Positions 19,014 through 27,458 are shown, counted from the first letter of the stretch. The stretch: DNA of 32,000 nt from an uncultured cyanobacterium (GCA_937936705.1 CALHCP010000054.1:11250-43249), one strand, 5' to 3'. The notes: a model not told the origin generated them from the letters alone. Program-made: numbers and translations.

Positions 19014-19505
19014 ATGGCCAGTGGTGCGGTACATGACCGGCTGATTCTCTGGACTGCCCCGTTGGTGGCCGGGATAACCTGGCAGGTGACGGGTGGGGGG
19101 CATTTGCCGTGGCTGGTAATGGGCAGTTATGTATTCAGCGGTTTGATGTTCAGCGGCGATTTGGATATTCGTTCCCGGCAATGGCAACGCTGGGGCTGGT
19201 TACGGGGGTTGTGGATTCCCTATCAGAAATGCTGTAAACACCGTTCGGTTTGGTCGCATGGGCCGATTGTGGGAACTCTGGGACGGTTGATTTATCTGGG
19301 GTTGGGGTTGGGAATTATTTTGGGGGTAGGCTTAGGGATCAGTATCTGGCGGGGGGAGCCTTGGCCGCTGGGGAGTTGGTTGCGGCATTGGTGGCACACG
19401 TATCAGAGGGAATGGCTGGCGGTGGGGGTGGGGTTAGAACTGGGGGCGTGGAACCATTCCCTGAGTGATTGGCTGAGTTCCTGCTGGAAAAAATGGCGTT
19501 CTTGA
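19014..19505 (+). CDS. membrane protein, DUF2227-like putative metal-binding protein
   Basis: 163-aa ORF. HDRLILW...FSGDLDIRSRQWQRWGWLRGLWIPYQKCCKHRSVWSHGPIVGTLGR resembles the HD / SPDLD / RWG / HRS-x2-SH pattern of DUF2227 (COG2389), from memory. Hydrophobic segments follow. Confidence 0.45.
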   Translation: MASGAVHDRLILWTAPLVAGITWQVTGGGHLPWLVMGSYVFSGLMFSGDLDIRSRQWQRWGWLRGLWIPYQKCCKHRSVWSHGPIVGTLGRLIYLGLGLGIILGVGLGISIWRGEPWPLGSWLRHWWHTYQREWLAVGVGLELGAWNHSLSDWLSSCWKKWRS

Positions 19506-19584
19506 GGGGGAACTTTAGGCTAAGGGCATTTATCTTAGAATGATAAAAGGCTGGTTGGTTCCGCGTGTTTTTGGGGGGTTACAG

Positions 19585-19977
19585 ATGAATAAGATGTTGT
19601 GGGCGGGGGCAGTGGGTCTGGGGCTGCTGGCAGGGGGCGCACCGGCTCTGGCTAATCCCTATTATCAGGGGCAGGTGGTGCAGTCGGGACAGGTGATCTA
19701 TCCTTACGGTACCTTTCTGCCCTATTATCCGTCGGGGTCGGTGCATCCGGGGGTCAATGTCTATGTGGCGCCTTTGCAGTCCCGACCGGTGTACGGGGGG
19801 GTGGCTCCCTATGCGGTGACGGCCTATCCCTACGTGAATTACAATTCTAAGACCGGTTTTTCCTACGGGTTTACGGCCTTTCCGGGGGGAGCGGTCGCGC
19901 CGGTGGGCGGGTATGTAACGCCGATGTATGGGCCGGGGTGGGTGATTTACCCCAATGCGCCCCGCTATGGTTATTAG
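19585..19977 (+). CDS. small secreted Tyr/Pro/Gly/Val-rich protein, unknown function
   Basis: From the ATG at 19585 the protein reads MNKMLWAGAVGLGLLAGGAPALA|NPYYQGQ. This is a Sec signal peptide with an A-x-A cleavage motif. The mature part is low-complexity and Y/P/G/V-rich, ending PRYGY. The track start at 19540 adds 15 non-signal residues. Confidence 0.5.
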   Translation: MNKMLWAGAVGLGLLAGGAPALANPYYQGQVVQSGQVIYPYGTFLPYYPSGSVHPGVNVYVAPLQSRPVYGGVAPYAVTAYPYVNYNSKTGFSYGFTAFPGGAVAPVGGYVTPMYGPGWVIYPNAPRYGY

Positions 19978-20040
19978 GCGGGTTGCGGGGGGCATTTTGC
20001 GCTAGGATGCCTTTGGAAATCCTTGCTGCCGGTGACCCCG

Positions 20041-21156
20041 ATGCGAGTTGCCCTGTTTACGGAGACGTTTTTACCTAAAATTGATGGGATTGTGACCCGG
20101 CTCAGCCATACGATCCGTTGGCTGGGCAAGATGGGGGATGAGGTGTTGGTGTTTGCCCCGGCGGGGGCACCGGCGGAGTATTGTGGGGCGCAGGTGGTGG
20201 GAGTGCAGGGGGTGCCTTTGCCGCTGTACCCGGAATTAAAGCTGGCCTGGCCCCATTGGGGGGTGGCGCAAAAGTTACGCCAGTTTCAGCCGCAGGTGGT
20301 GCATGTGGTGAATCCGGCGGTGCTGGGGGTGGGGGGCTTGTTGCTGAGTAAGTGGCACCGATGGCCGCTGGTGGCTTCGTACCATACCCATTTGCCCCGC
20401 TATCTGCAGCATTACGGGCTGGGGGCGTTGGAGGGGTTGCTGTGGGCACTGTTGCGGGCGGGGCACAATCAGGCGCGGTTGAACCTCTGTACGTCGACGG
20501 CCATGATTCAAGAATTACAAAGTAATGGCATTGAACGGTTGGCTCTCTGGCAAAAGGGGGTGGATACGGAGTTGTTTCATCCGGGACAGTATCAACCGGA
20601 AGTGCGGGTTCGTTTGACCCAGGGGCACCCGGAAGCGCCGTTGTTGTTGTATGTGGGGCGGTTGTCGGCGGAAAAGGAGATTGAACGGTTGCGGCCGTTG
20701 TTGACGGCGTTGCCGACTGCCCATTTGGCGCTGGTGGGGGATGGCCCGCACCGGGAACAATTAGAGCAGTATTTTGGCGGTACGAATACCCATTTTATCG
20801 GCTATCTGCAGGGGGAGGCGTTGGCGCAGGCGTTTGCGGCGGCGGATGTGTTTGTCTTTCCGTCTTGTACGGAAACGCTGGGGTTGGTGCTGCTGGAGGC
20901 GATGGCGGCGGGCTGTCCGGTGGTGGCGGCGCGGCGGGGGGGGATTACGGATGTGGTGCAAGACGGGGTGAATGGTTTTTTGTTTGAGCCGGAGCAGGAG
21001 CTGGGGTTGGTGGCGGCGGTGCAGCAGGTGCTGGCTTCCCCGGGGCAACGGCAGCGGTTGCAGGTGATGGCGCGCCGGGAGGCGGAGCGGTGGGGCTGGG
21101 CGGCGGCGACGGCGCAGCTACGCCGTTATTATGAGCAGGTAGCGGCGGGATGTTGA
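20041..21156 (+). CDS. sqdX: sulfoquinovosyl diacylglycerol synthase SqdX (GT4 glycosyltransferase)
   Basis: MRVALFTETFLPKIDGIVTRL...PLPLYPELKL...VASYHTHLPRYLQHYGLG...LLWALLRAGHNQARLNLCTSTAM closely follows cyanobacterial SqdX as I recall it. It has the GT4 E-x7-E region ETLGLVLLEAMAAGCPVV. Start set at the ATG at 20041 rather than the TTG at 20023. Confidence 0.8.
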   Translation: MRVALFTETFLPKIDGIVTRLSHTIRWLGKMGDEVLVFAPAGAPAEYCGAQVVGVQGVPLPLYPELKLAWPHWGVAQKLRQFQPQVVHVVNPAVLGVGGLLLSKWHRWPLVASYHTHLPRYLQHYGLGALEGLLWALLRAGHNQARLNLCTSTAMIQELQSNGIERLALWQKGVDTELFHPGQYQPEVRVRLTQGHPEAPLLLYVGRLSAEKEIERLRPLLTALPTAHLALVGDGPHREQLEQYFGGTNTHFIGYLQGEALAQAFAAADVFVFPSCTETLGLVLLEAMAAGCPVVAARRGGITDVVQDGVNGFLFEPEQELGLVAAVQQVLASPGQRQRLQVMARREAERWGWAAATAQLRRYYEQVAAGC

Positions 21157-21800
21157 CCCTGGAACTGCGTTTGCAGGGGTGTTTGTTGGGAGCAATTCTG
21201 GCGGAGCGGTGGGGGGAACAGCCGTTGCCGCGCTGGGGATGGCAACCCCAGCCACCGGGAATTTGGGGGGAGTGGCTCTGCCAAGGCTGCCGCTACTGGG
21301 TGGGGCAATCGTTGCCGGTGCCGACCGCCAGTACGGCGGCAGCAGCGTTGCTGTTGGTGTTGCCGGGATTGGCTTTGTGTTACCCCGATCAGGAACGGCT
21401 GCCGGAGGTGGTGGCAACGGCGGGTTTACCCCCGGTGGTGCGGGATTGGGCGGCGGTGCTGGGGCTGGCGTTGCAGGGGCAGTTGGGCGAGCCTTTGGCC
21501 GATGCGGCGGCTTGGCCGGAGTTGGCGGCGTCGGTGGCGGATTTTCTGGCGGGGGCGGATGACCCACTGCTGACGTTAACGGCGGCAGTCCGGCGGGGGC
21601 GTTCCCCGTTGACGTTGTTGTTGACGGGTTATCTGCTGGGGGGGTACGGCGGGGCGCTGGCGTTTCCCAGCGCGGCGGTGGTGGCGGTGGTGGCCGATCC
21701 GAGCTGGCGGGATTTGGGGACGGCTTTGTTGACCCGTTGGGCGGGGGGGCGGGTGGCGGCAGCTCCCCTGGCGGTGGCGGCAGCGATTGGTTCGCGGTGA
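21150..21800 (+). CDS. hypothetical Ala/Leu/Gly/Trp-rich protein, translationally coupled to sqdX
   Basis: 216-aa ORF whose ATG overlaps the sqdX stop (ATGTTGA, 7-nt overlap). Its G-ending codon style (ttg, ctg, gcg, gtg, ccg) matches sqdX and dxs. The Pro-rich ORF on the opposite strand (21118-21567) looks like a GC-rich shadow. No family recognised with confidence. Confidence 0.5.
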   Translation: MLTLELRLQGCLLGAILAERWGEQPLPRWGWQPQPPGIWGEWLCQGCRYWVGQSLPVPTASTAAAALLLVLPGLALCYPDQERLPEVVATAGLPPVVRDWAAVLGLALQGQLGEPLADAAAWPELAASVADFLAGADDPLLTLTAAVRRGRSPLTLLLTGYLLGGYGGALAFPSAAVVAVVADPSWRDLGTALLTRWAGGRVAAAPLAVAAAIGSR

Positions 21801-21943
21801 ACGGTTTTGGGGGGAGGATGGTTCTAAAGAATTACTAAGTCAATCGCAACAGTGAGTTACCATAGGGAGGGGATTGCTCCGTTATGATGGCTACCCGGTT
21901 ACCGAGGTCATGTGTTGCTCTTGTCATGTAAGGAGTCGTGCTG

Positions 21944-23851
21944 GTGCATCTAAGCGAAATTACCCATCCGAATCAGTTACACGGTTTGTCTATTGCGGAA
22001 TTGGAGGCGATTGCCCGCCAGATTCGGGAAACGCATTTACAGACGGTGGCCGCCACCGGGGGGCATTTGGGACCGGGGTTGGGGGTGGTGGAACTTACCC
22101 TGGGTTTGTATCAAACCCTGGATTTAGACCGGGATAAGGTGATTTGGGATGTGGGGCACCAAGCCTATCCCCACAAAATCATTACGGGGCGCTACCACCG
22201 TTTTCATACGCTGCGGCAGAAAGATGGGATTGCCGGTTATTTGAAACGCAGTGAGAGCCGGTTTGACCATTTCGGGGCAGGGCACGCCTCAACGAGTATC
22301 TCGGCGGCGCTGGGCATGGCGATTGCGCGGGATCTGCGCGGGGAAGATTTCAAGGTGGTGGCGATCATCGGCGATGGGGCACTCACCGGCGGGATGGCCT
22401 TGGAGGCGATTAACCATGCGGGGCATTGTCCGCGCACCCGGCTGCTGGTGGTTTTGAACGATAATGAGATGTCGATTTCTCCCAATGTGGGGGCGATTCC
22501 CCGCTATTTGAATAAGTTGCGGCTCAGTCCGCCGATGCAGTTTTTGACGGAGAATTTGGAGGAGCAGTTTAAGCATTTGCCGTTTGTGGATGAGGCGCTG
22601 GCGCACAACCTGAAAGAGGGGATGAAACGCCTGACGGTGCCGAAGGTGGGGGCGGTGTTTGAGGAGTTGGGGTTCACCTATTTTGGGCCGGTGGATGGGC
22701 ATAATATCGCGGAGCTGATCGATACGTTTAACCGGGCGCACCAAATCTGCGGGCCGGTGCTGGTGCATGTGGCGACGGTGAAGGGCAAGGGGTACGAGGT
22801 CGCCGAGCAGGACCAGGTGGGGTATCATGCCCAGAATGCGTTTGATTTGGCTACGGGCAAACCCAAGCCGGCCAGCAAACCCAAGCCGCCCAGTTATTCT
22901 AAGGTGTTCGGGCAGACGTTGAGCCGTTTGGCGCAGGACAACCCGAAAATTGTGGGGATTACGGCGGCGATGGCGACGGGGACGGGGTTGGATATTCTCC
23001 AAAAACATTGCCCCAACCAGTACATTGATGTGGGGATTGCGGAACAACACGCGGTCACGCTGGCGGCGGGGTTGGCCTGTGAGGGGATGCGGCCGGTGGC
23101 GACGATTTATTCGACGTTTTTGCAACGGGCCTATGACCAGATTGTGCACGATGTCTGTATTCAAAAATTGCCGGTGTTTTTCTGCATGGACCGGGCGGGC
23201 ATTGTGGGGGCGGACGGACCGACGCACCAGGGGATGTACGACATTGCCTATCTGCGCTGTTTGCCCCACATGGTGTTGATGGCACCCAAGGATGAGGCGG
23301 AGTTGCAGCGGATGATTGTGACCGGGATTGAGTACACGGAGGGGCCGATTGCCCTGCGCTACCCGCGGGGGAATGGCTACGGGGTGCCGCTGATGGAAGA
23401 AGGGTGGGAACCTGTACCGATTGGCAAAGGCGAGTTGTTGCGGCACGGGCGGGATGTCCTGTTGCTGGCCTACGGTGCGATGGTGGTACCGGCGTTGCAA
23501 ACGGCGGAGATTCTCAAAGAACACGGGATCGATGCGGCGGTCATCAATGCCCGCTTTGCCAAGCCTTTGGATACGGAGTTGATTTTCCCCTGGGCGCGGG
23601 AAACGGGGCGGGTGGTGACCCTGGAGGAGGGGTGCTTGCCGGGGGGCTTTGGCAGTGGCGTGGCAGAAGCTCTCTTGGATGCCGGATTCCTCTTGCCCCT
23701 GTTGCGGATCGGCGTGCCGGATCTTTTGGTCGAGCACGCTAAGCCGGAAGAATCTAAGGCGGATTTGGGCTTAACGCCGCCGCAGATGGCGGAACGGATT
23801 CAGCGATTTGTTGAGCAGGGACAAGCCCTGGCGGTCAATGCCCCGGGGTAA
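21944..23851 (+). CDS. dxs: 1-deoxy-D-xylulose-5-phosphate synthase
   Basis: (M)[45 protein letters not shown], the TPP motif [14 protein letters not shown]...NDN, and a transketolase-like C-terminus. I prefer the GTG at 21944, 9 nt after AAGGAG (21929-21934), over the GTG at 21938. Confidence 0.93.
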   Translation: MHLSEITHPNQLHGLSIAELEAIARQIRETHLQTVAATGGHLGPGLGVVELTLGLYQTLDLDRDKVIWDVGHQAYPHKIITGRYHRFHTLRQKDGIAGYLKRSESRFDHFGAGHASTSISAALGMAIARDLRGEDFKVVAIIGDGALTGGMALEAINHAGHCPRTRLLVVLNDNEMSISPNVGAIPRYLNKLRLSPPMQFLTENLEEQFKHLPFVDEALAHNLKEGMKRLTVPKVGAVFEELGFTYFGPVDGHNIAELIDTFNRAHQICGPVLVHVATVKGKGYEVAEQDQVGYHAQNAFDLATGKPKPASKPKPPSYSKVFGQTLSRLAQDNPKIVGITAAMATGTGLDILQKHCPNQYIDVGIAEQHAVTLAAGLACEGMRPVATIYSTFLQRAYDQIVHDVCIQKLPVFFCMDRAGIVGADGPTHQGMYDIAYLRCLPHMVLMAPKDEAELQRMIVTGIEYTEGPIALRYPRGNGYGVPLMEEGWEPVPIGKGELLRHGRDVLLLAYGAMVVPALQTAEILKEHGIDAAVINARFAKPLDTELIFPWARETGRVVTLEEGCLPGGFGSGVAEALLDAGFLLPLLRIGVPDLLVEHAKPEESKADLGLTPPQMAERIQRFVEQGQALAVNAPG

Positions 23852-23954
23852 AGCGGCGCCGGTGTTCTCGCCCCGGCGGCTGACGCCAGGGGAACGCCAG
23901 TTCGGCCAAGGGTAGGGCTGGGTCCAGCGGTTGCCAGCGCCTTTTCCAGTTCCA

Positions 23955-24025
23955 GCCGTATGCCTTGATGGATGAACAGATATGCGGGAGAACCGGCGAC
24001 CGCTATTCTCAATGCAGTTAGGATT
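23955..24025 (-). repeat. copy D of the dispersed intergenic element, inverted orientation, without the hairpin
   Basis: The reverse complement reads GGAGCAATCCTAACTGCATTGAGAATAGCGGTCGCCGGTTCTCCCGCATATCTGTTCATCCATCAAGG. The blocks AATCCTA, TTGAG, AGAAT.GCGGTCGC, GGTTCTCCC and ATCA.GG are collinear with 5043-5143. The 21-nt AGGGGCGCAGTCCGCGACTTG segment is missing. Confidence 0.4.
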
Positions 24026-24068
24026 GCTCCCAAGGCCGGCAGCGGCACCGGAGGGCAGTCCGCCCATG

Positions 24069-24095
24069 AAAAACCCCTCCCAACCACGAGAGGGG
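24069..24095 (-). terminator. candidate Rho-independent terminator downstream of the porin gene
   Basis: On the minus strand: CCCCTC (reverse complement of 24090-24095), a 10-nt loop, GAGGGG (reverse complement of 24074-24079), then TTTTT (reverse complement of 24069-24073). It begins 28 nt after the porin stop. Confidence 0.55.
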
Positions 24096-24122
24096 CGAAG
24101 TGCTTGAGTTTCGGTTGCGGCA

Positions 24123-25877
24123 CTAAAAGCTGAAGGTGGAGCGAATCGCACCGACAAAGACCGTTGGGTTGGCACTGTTGCCTTCCGGGTTGAAAATCGC
24201 CATAATCCCCGGCGTGATGGTGAGATATTCCGTGAATTTGAAGCGATAGGAAGCCTCTAACAGAATCGGTACATCATCCGCCGCCGCCGCCGTCAAACCA
24301 TTCTTGACCAAGCCGGTGCTACTACTCAGGTAGGGCGGCGCTCCCACCACAATTTGCGCTTGACTGCCGCGGGTGCCCACATCCGGGAAGGCAAACACCA
24401 GCGCATAGTTCAAAGCCGTCCCACCGGCATTGATGGCACTACCGGGCGCATTGCTGAACCAAGTCGCCCCGAACCAGCCCCCCAAGATCAAGTTTTTGAG
24501 CGGTTGCCACTGGAATTGGAACCCCAGATTATCCGCCTGGGTGGTGGTTGCCCCGGTGAGCGCATCCACGGCAGCAGTGCCCACCCCGCCGCCTAAATTC
24601 AAAGCCAGCCCCGAATCCAAATCACTGTACCCCCGCACGTACAGCAAACTCAAGCCCAGATTTTCCAGAGGATAGCCGGTCAACTGCCCATAGGCCACAT
24701 AGGACGAGCCAAATAAACCCTCTGTACCAAAGGGATTCACCGCACCGACAGGGGAATAGGCACCGGCAGCTCCCCCCCCATTGGCCAGATAGCCCAAAGT
24801 GAAATTCAGCTTCTCATCCAAAAAGTTAATGCTAAAGGCGGCACCCACACCCGCTCCCAGGTTTTGGTTGTAAACCGGATTGCGTAAGCCAAAACCAGAC
24901 AAGGCGCCCAAGGCATCGTCATCCAGCGGACTCAGGGTGTCCACTTGGTCGTAAATCGCTCCCCCCAAAGCAGCAATGGTAATCCGACCTTGATCCGCCA
25001 ACACCGGGAACTCGTAGGTGAGGGTGTCCAAAACCGTTGTCCCCCCGGAACCCGCATTCAAAAAGCCATAACTCAAACTGGCACTGTTGGTGCCGGTGGC
25101 GGCAAAAGCACTCGTCGCCGGGTTGGCTCCCAGGGACACATCATCCATTTGCAAATTGGTTGTCAATAAATCCTTACCCGTAAAACTGGTATTAAACGTC
25201 AAATTCACCCGATAACCAAAGGTGGTGGCATCTTGGATATTGGCAGAGACAACCGCCGGGCAATTGGCCACCCCCGCCAGCGCCGCCGTACACCCTTTGG
25301 GTATCGCCTGATTGCCGCCAAATGCTCCCTGCACCCCGAAAATCACCTGCCCCGTCAGTTTTGTGGTAGTAGAGAACTGTTGCGCTTCCAAGGTGGCCGT
25401 GCGGGCTTCCAAAGTATCCACCCGCCCCCGCAACAGAGCTAATTCGGCGGCAAATTCTTCCTGCAACCGCTGGATCAATTTCATGTCCTCTTTCGTAACC
25501 AGATTCTCTACTGAAGCGGCAATAAGTTCATTGATGCGATCCAAACAGGCATTCAAGCCGGCGGCAAACTCATAGCGGGTGGTGGCGCGGCGGCCTTGAT
25601 ACGTCGGCGGATTGGTGGGCAGACCGACAATACAACCATAGCGTTCCACCAAAGACTGCAACGCTAAAAACGCCCAATCCGTCGGCTTCACATCCACAAA
25701 TTCCGAAACCGAGGTGACTTGACCCAATTCGCTATCTTCCCGCAAGTCTCGCCCGTACTGGCGCACCTGCTGAATGGCTTCGCGCGTGCTGCTGACCTGC
25801 GCCTGCGCCGCTCCGGCCAACACCACCCCCGCCACCAGCGAACCACCGGCCCACCACCGCAAAATCCTTTTCTTCAT
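24123..25877 (-). CDS. outer-membrane porin with N-terminal SLH domain and OprB-like beta-barrel (cyanobacterial Som / iron-uptake porin type)
   Basis: 584-aa ORF with signal peptide MKKRILRWWAGGSLVAGVVLAGAAQA and SLH motif FVDVKPTDWAFLALQSLVERYGCIVG. A coiled-coil linker (LEARTATLEAQQF) follows, then a Gly/Ala/Asn-rich beta-strand region ending in the C-terminal aromatic signature RSTFSF. Confidence 0.85.
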   Translation of the reverse strand: MKKRILRWWAGGSLVAGVVLAGAAQAQVSSTREAIQQVRQYGRDLREDSELGQVTSVSEFVDVKPTDWAFLALQSLVERYGCIVGLPTNPPTYQGRRATTRYEFAAGLNACLDRINELIAASVENLVTKEDMKLIQRLQEEFAAELALLRGRVDTLEARTATLEAQQFSTTTKLTGQVIFGVQGAFGGNQAIPKGCTAALAGVANCPAVVSANIQDATTFGYRVNLTFNTSFTGKDLLTTNLQMDDVSLGANPATSAFAATGTNSASLSYGFLNAGSGGTTVLDTLTYEFPVLADQGRITIAALGGAIYDQVDTLSPLDDDALGALSGFGLRNPVYNQNLGAGVGAAFSINFLDEKLNFTLGYLANGGGAAGAYSPVGAVNPFGTEGLFGSSYVAYGQLTGYPLENLGLSLLYVRGYSDLDSGLALNLGGGVGTAAVDALTGATTTQADNLGFQFQWQPLKNLILGGWFGATWFSNAPGSAINAGGTALNYALVFAFPDVGTRGSQAQIVVGAPPYLSSSTGLVKNGLTAAAADDVPILLEASYRFKFTEYLTITPGIMAIFNPEGNSANPTVFVGAIRSTFSF

Positions 25878-25952
25878 GGCACCACCTCACACTGGAATAA
25901 ACCACACTATAACCGAGAGTGAGAACGATTATCAACCCGACCGGAGAGAGGC

Positions 25953-26843
25953 TTAGGTGGCGGGGGGGTCAGGGATTTTCAGGACCGACTTTGCCTTGGC
26001 TAAGGCATCTCGATAGCGATAAGCGGCGGCCACAATTTTACCTCGTTGCTGTATATTCACCGTACTGTAGGGTCGGGTTTGCACCGTACCGGGTAAAACA
26101 AAATCGGCAATGGTTGCCAGGCAGTCTCGGTAGGCTTGATCTACCTGTGCCGCCAGAGCCGGATCAAGTTTAGACCGATAGGGTTCAAATTGACTTTGAA
26201 TGCCGATCCAGTTGTGCCGAAAAATTAAAATACTCTGGTCTGACCAGGTTTCTTCTTCACTGGAAATTTTCTTGGCGGGAACTTCCTCCGCCAGAGCCAA
26301 CATCCCCGCAAAATTTAAGGAGGAATTGAAATTTTTGGGGTCATTGAGCTTTTGGATCAGGGACTGGACGCTGGTAATTAATTTTTCCCCATAGGGCACG
26401 GCCGCCGCTAGATGATTATCCCGATAAATCAGAGCTTCAATGCGGTGCATACTGATGTAATTTTCCGAAGTTTCCCCACCGGCAATTGCATAGGGACGAG
26501 CATCAATGGCCTCATCTTCTTCGGGAAAACTGGCAGCTAAAACTTCAATTTCTTCATAGGGAGCACGGGCTGCCACATAGGCTTGCTTGGCCCGATTCAT
26601 ATCCCCACTTTTGAGAGCTGCCAGCAAATTTTCTGCTAAGGTTAATTGCTCCTGTGCCCGTTTTTGCAAATACTGCACCCCGGCCTGCACTGGCTCGACG
26701 TAGGGGTCAACCCCAGAACCGGCAGAGTTTATCTGCTGGTGATTCGCGGCACTGAATACCGAACAACCCACCACGCCCAAACTGATGATCAAAACCACCC
26801 ACAGGGTGCGCCAATACTTGCTCACCAGAACACTCCTTTCCAT
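25953..26843 (-). CDS. EfeO/imelysin-like (peptidase M75 fold) lipoprotein, putative iron-uptake component
   Basis: 296-aa ORF with lipobox LGVVGC|S. AKQAYVAARAPYEEIEVLAASFPEEDEAIDAR and the H-x-x-E containing MHRIEALIY resemble EfeO/EfeM/IrpA-type imelysin domains. It lies 75 nt upstream of the porin on the same strand. Confidence 0.65.
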   Translation of the reverse strand: MERSVLVSKYWRTLWVVLIISLGVVGCSVFSAANHQQINSAGSGVDPYVEPVQAGVQYLQKRAQEQLTLAENLLAALKSGDMNRAKQAYVAARAPYEEIEVLAASFPEEDEAIDARPYAIAGGETSENYISMHRIEALIYRDNHLAAAVPYGEKLITSVQSLIQKLNDPKNFNSSLNFAGMLALAEEVPAKKISSEEETWSDQSILIFRHNWIGIQSQFEPYRSKLDPALAAQVDQAYRDCLATIADFVLPGTVQTRPYSTVNIQQRGKIVAAAYRYRDALAKAKSVLKIPDPPAT

Positions 26844-26956
26844 TCATTTGGAACAATCCGTTGATCTGATTCTCAGAAAGCATCACCTCAGCCCGCGGGT
26901 ACTCCCCGGAGGCCGGCCGCTCGCCTTGATCAGCTAATTTATCAATTAACTTAAGT

Positions 26957-26975
26957 CATAATGCGAATAATTGTC
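26957..26975. promoter_or_regulatory. candidate Fur box overlapping a perfect TTGACA -35 hexamer upstream of the EfeO-like gene
   Basis: CATAATGCGAATAATTGTC matches the E. coli Fur consensus GATAATGATAATCATTATC at 14/19 by hand count. On the minus strand TTGACA is the reverse complement of 26972-26977. The site overlaps the arsR stop codon (26974-26976). Confidence 0.3.
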
Positions 26976-27327
26976 AATAGTTTGGCCTAGGTGTGGTCAG
27001 CACGTCTCGGAGCAGGGCGAGGCATTGCGGCACCAGCCGGTAGTAAATGCCGGTACCGCGCCGTTCCCGGGTCAATAACCCCACTTCATACATGACTTTC
27101 AAGTGATGGCTGACGGTAGGTTGCGATAACCCCAGGGTTTCCACCAGAGCGCAGGCTTTGACTTCCTGACCGGGCTGGGCGGCAATTAAACTCAACAACT
27201 GCAAACGGGTGGGGTCGCCCAACACCCGAAAAATGGCCGCCAGTGCCTCGGCCTGCGGGGGGGTCAATTTTCCGGCCAACAGGGGCGGACAACATTGCCA
27301 AGCCAGGGCGCTGTTGGTCTCAAGCAT
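26974..27327 (-). CDS. arsR: ArsR/SmtB-family metalloregulatory transcriptional repressor
   Basis: 117-aa ORF with the winged-helix core FRVLGDPTRLQLLSLIA...ETLGLSQPTVSHHLKVMYEVGLLTRERRGTGIYYRL. It is divergent from acr3-arsC. Confidence 0.85.
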   Translation of the reverse strand: MLETNSALAWQCCPPLLAGKLTPPQAEALAAIFRVLGDPTRLQLLSLIAAQPGQEVKACALVETLGLSQPTVSHHLKVMYEVGLLTRERRGTGIYYRLVPQCLALLRDVLTTPRPNY

Positions 27328-27390
27328 GGGGATTGGGAGTTAGTAATTTTTTAATGGTAGCGTAGGGGCTGTGGTTGTAGTGACGGTTGT

Positions 27391-27416
27391 CAATATAGAT
27401 AGAAATTGATATATTG
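27391..27416. promoter_or_regulatory. candidate ArsR operator, an imperfect 12-2-12 inverted repeat in the arsR/acr3 divergent region
   Basis: CAATATAGATAG-AA-ATTGATATATTG. The outer 7 bp are perfectly complementary (CAATATA / TATATTG) and 8/12 pair overall. This geometry is typical of ArsR/SmtB operators. It lies 43 nt upstream of the acr3 ATG. Confidence 0.4.
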
Positions 27417-27458
27417 GGGAACGATTGTCGTCTTTGGGTGTAATCAAGCAGGGTATTT

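Noticed and set aside
18939-19187. 82-aa minus-strand ORF ending ...YVYRVINYVYRVILW.
   Set aside because: The repeated peptide is just the translation of the 21-bp tandem duplication. The ORF also overlaps the better-supported plus-strand gene at 19014-19505.
21118-21567. 149-aa extremely Pro-rich minus-strand ORF, a possible alternative to the 21150-21800 gene.
   Set aside because: The composition (PPPxP runs) is what the reverse complement of a GGN/GCG-rich coding frame produces. The plus-strand ORF is longer, start-stop coupled to sqdX, and shares its codon style. The call remains only moderate confidence.
23771-24175. 134-aa and 107-aa minus-strand ORFs between dxs and the porin gene.
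   Set aside because: They overlap the dxs 3' end, the repeat copy D, the porin terminator hairpin and the porin stop. Their translations are Pro/Arg/Gly-rich with no motifs.
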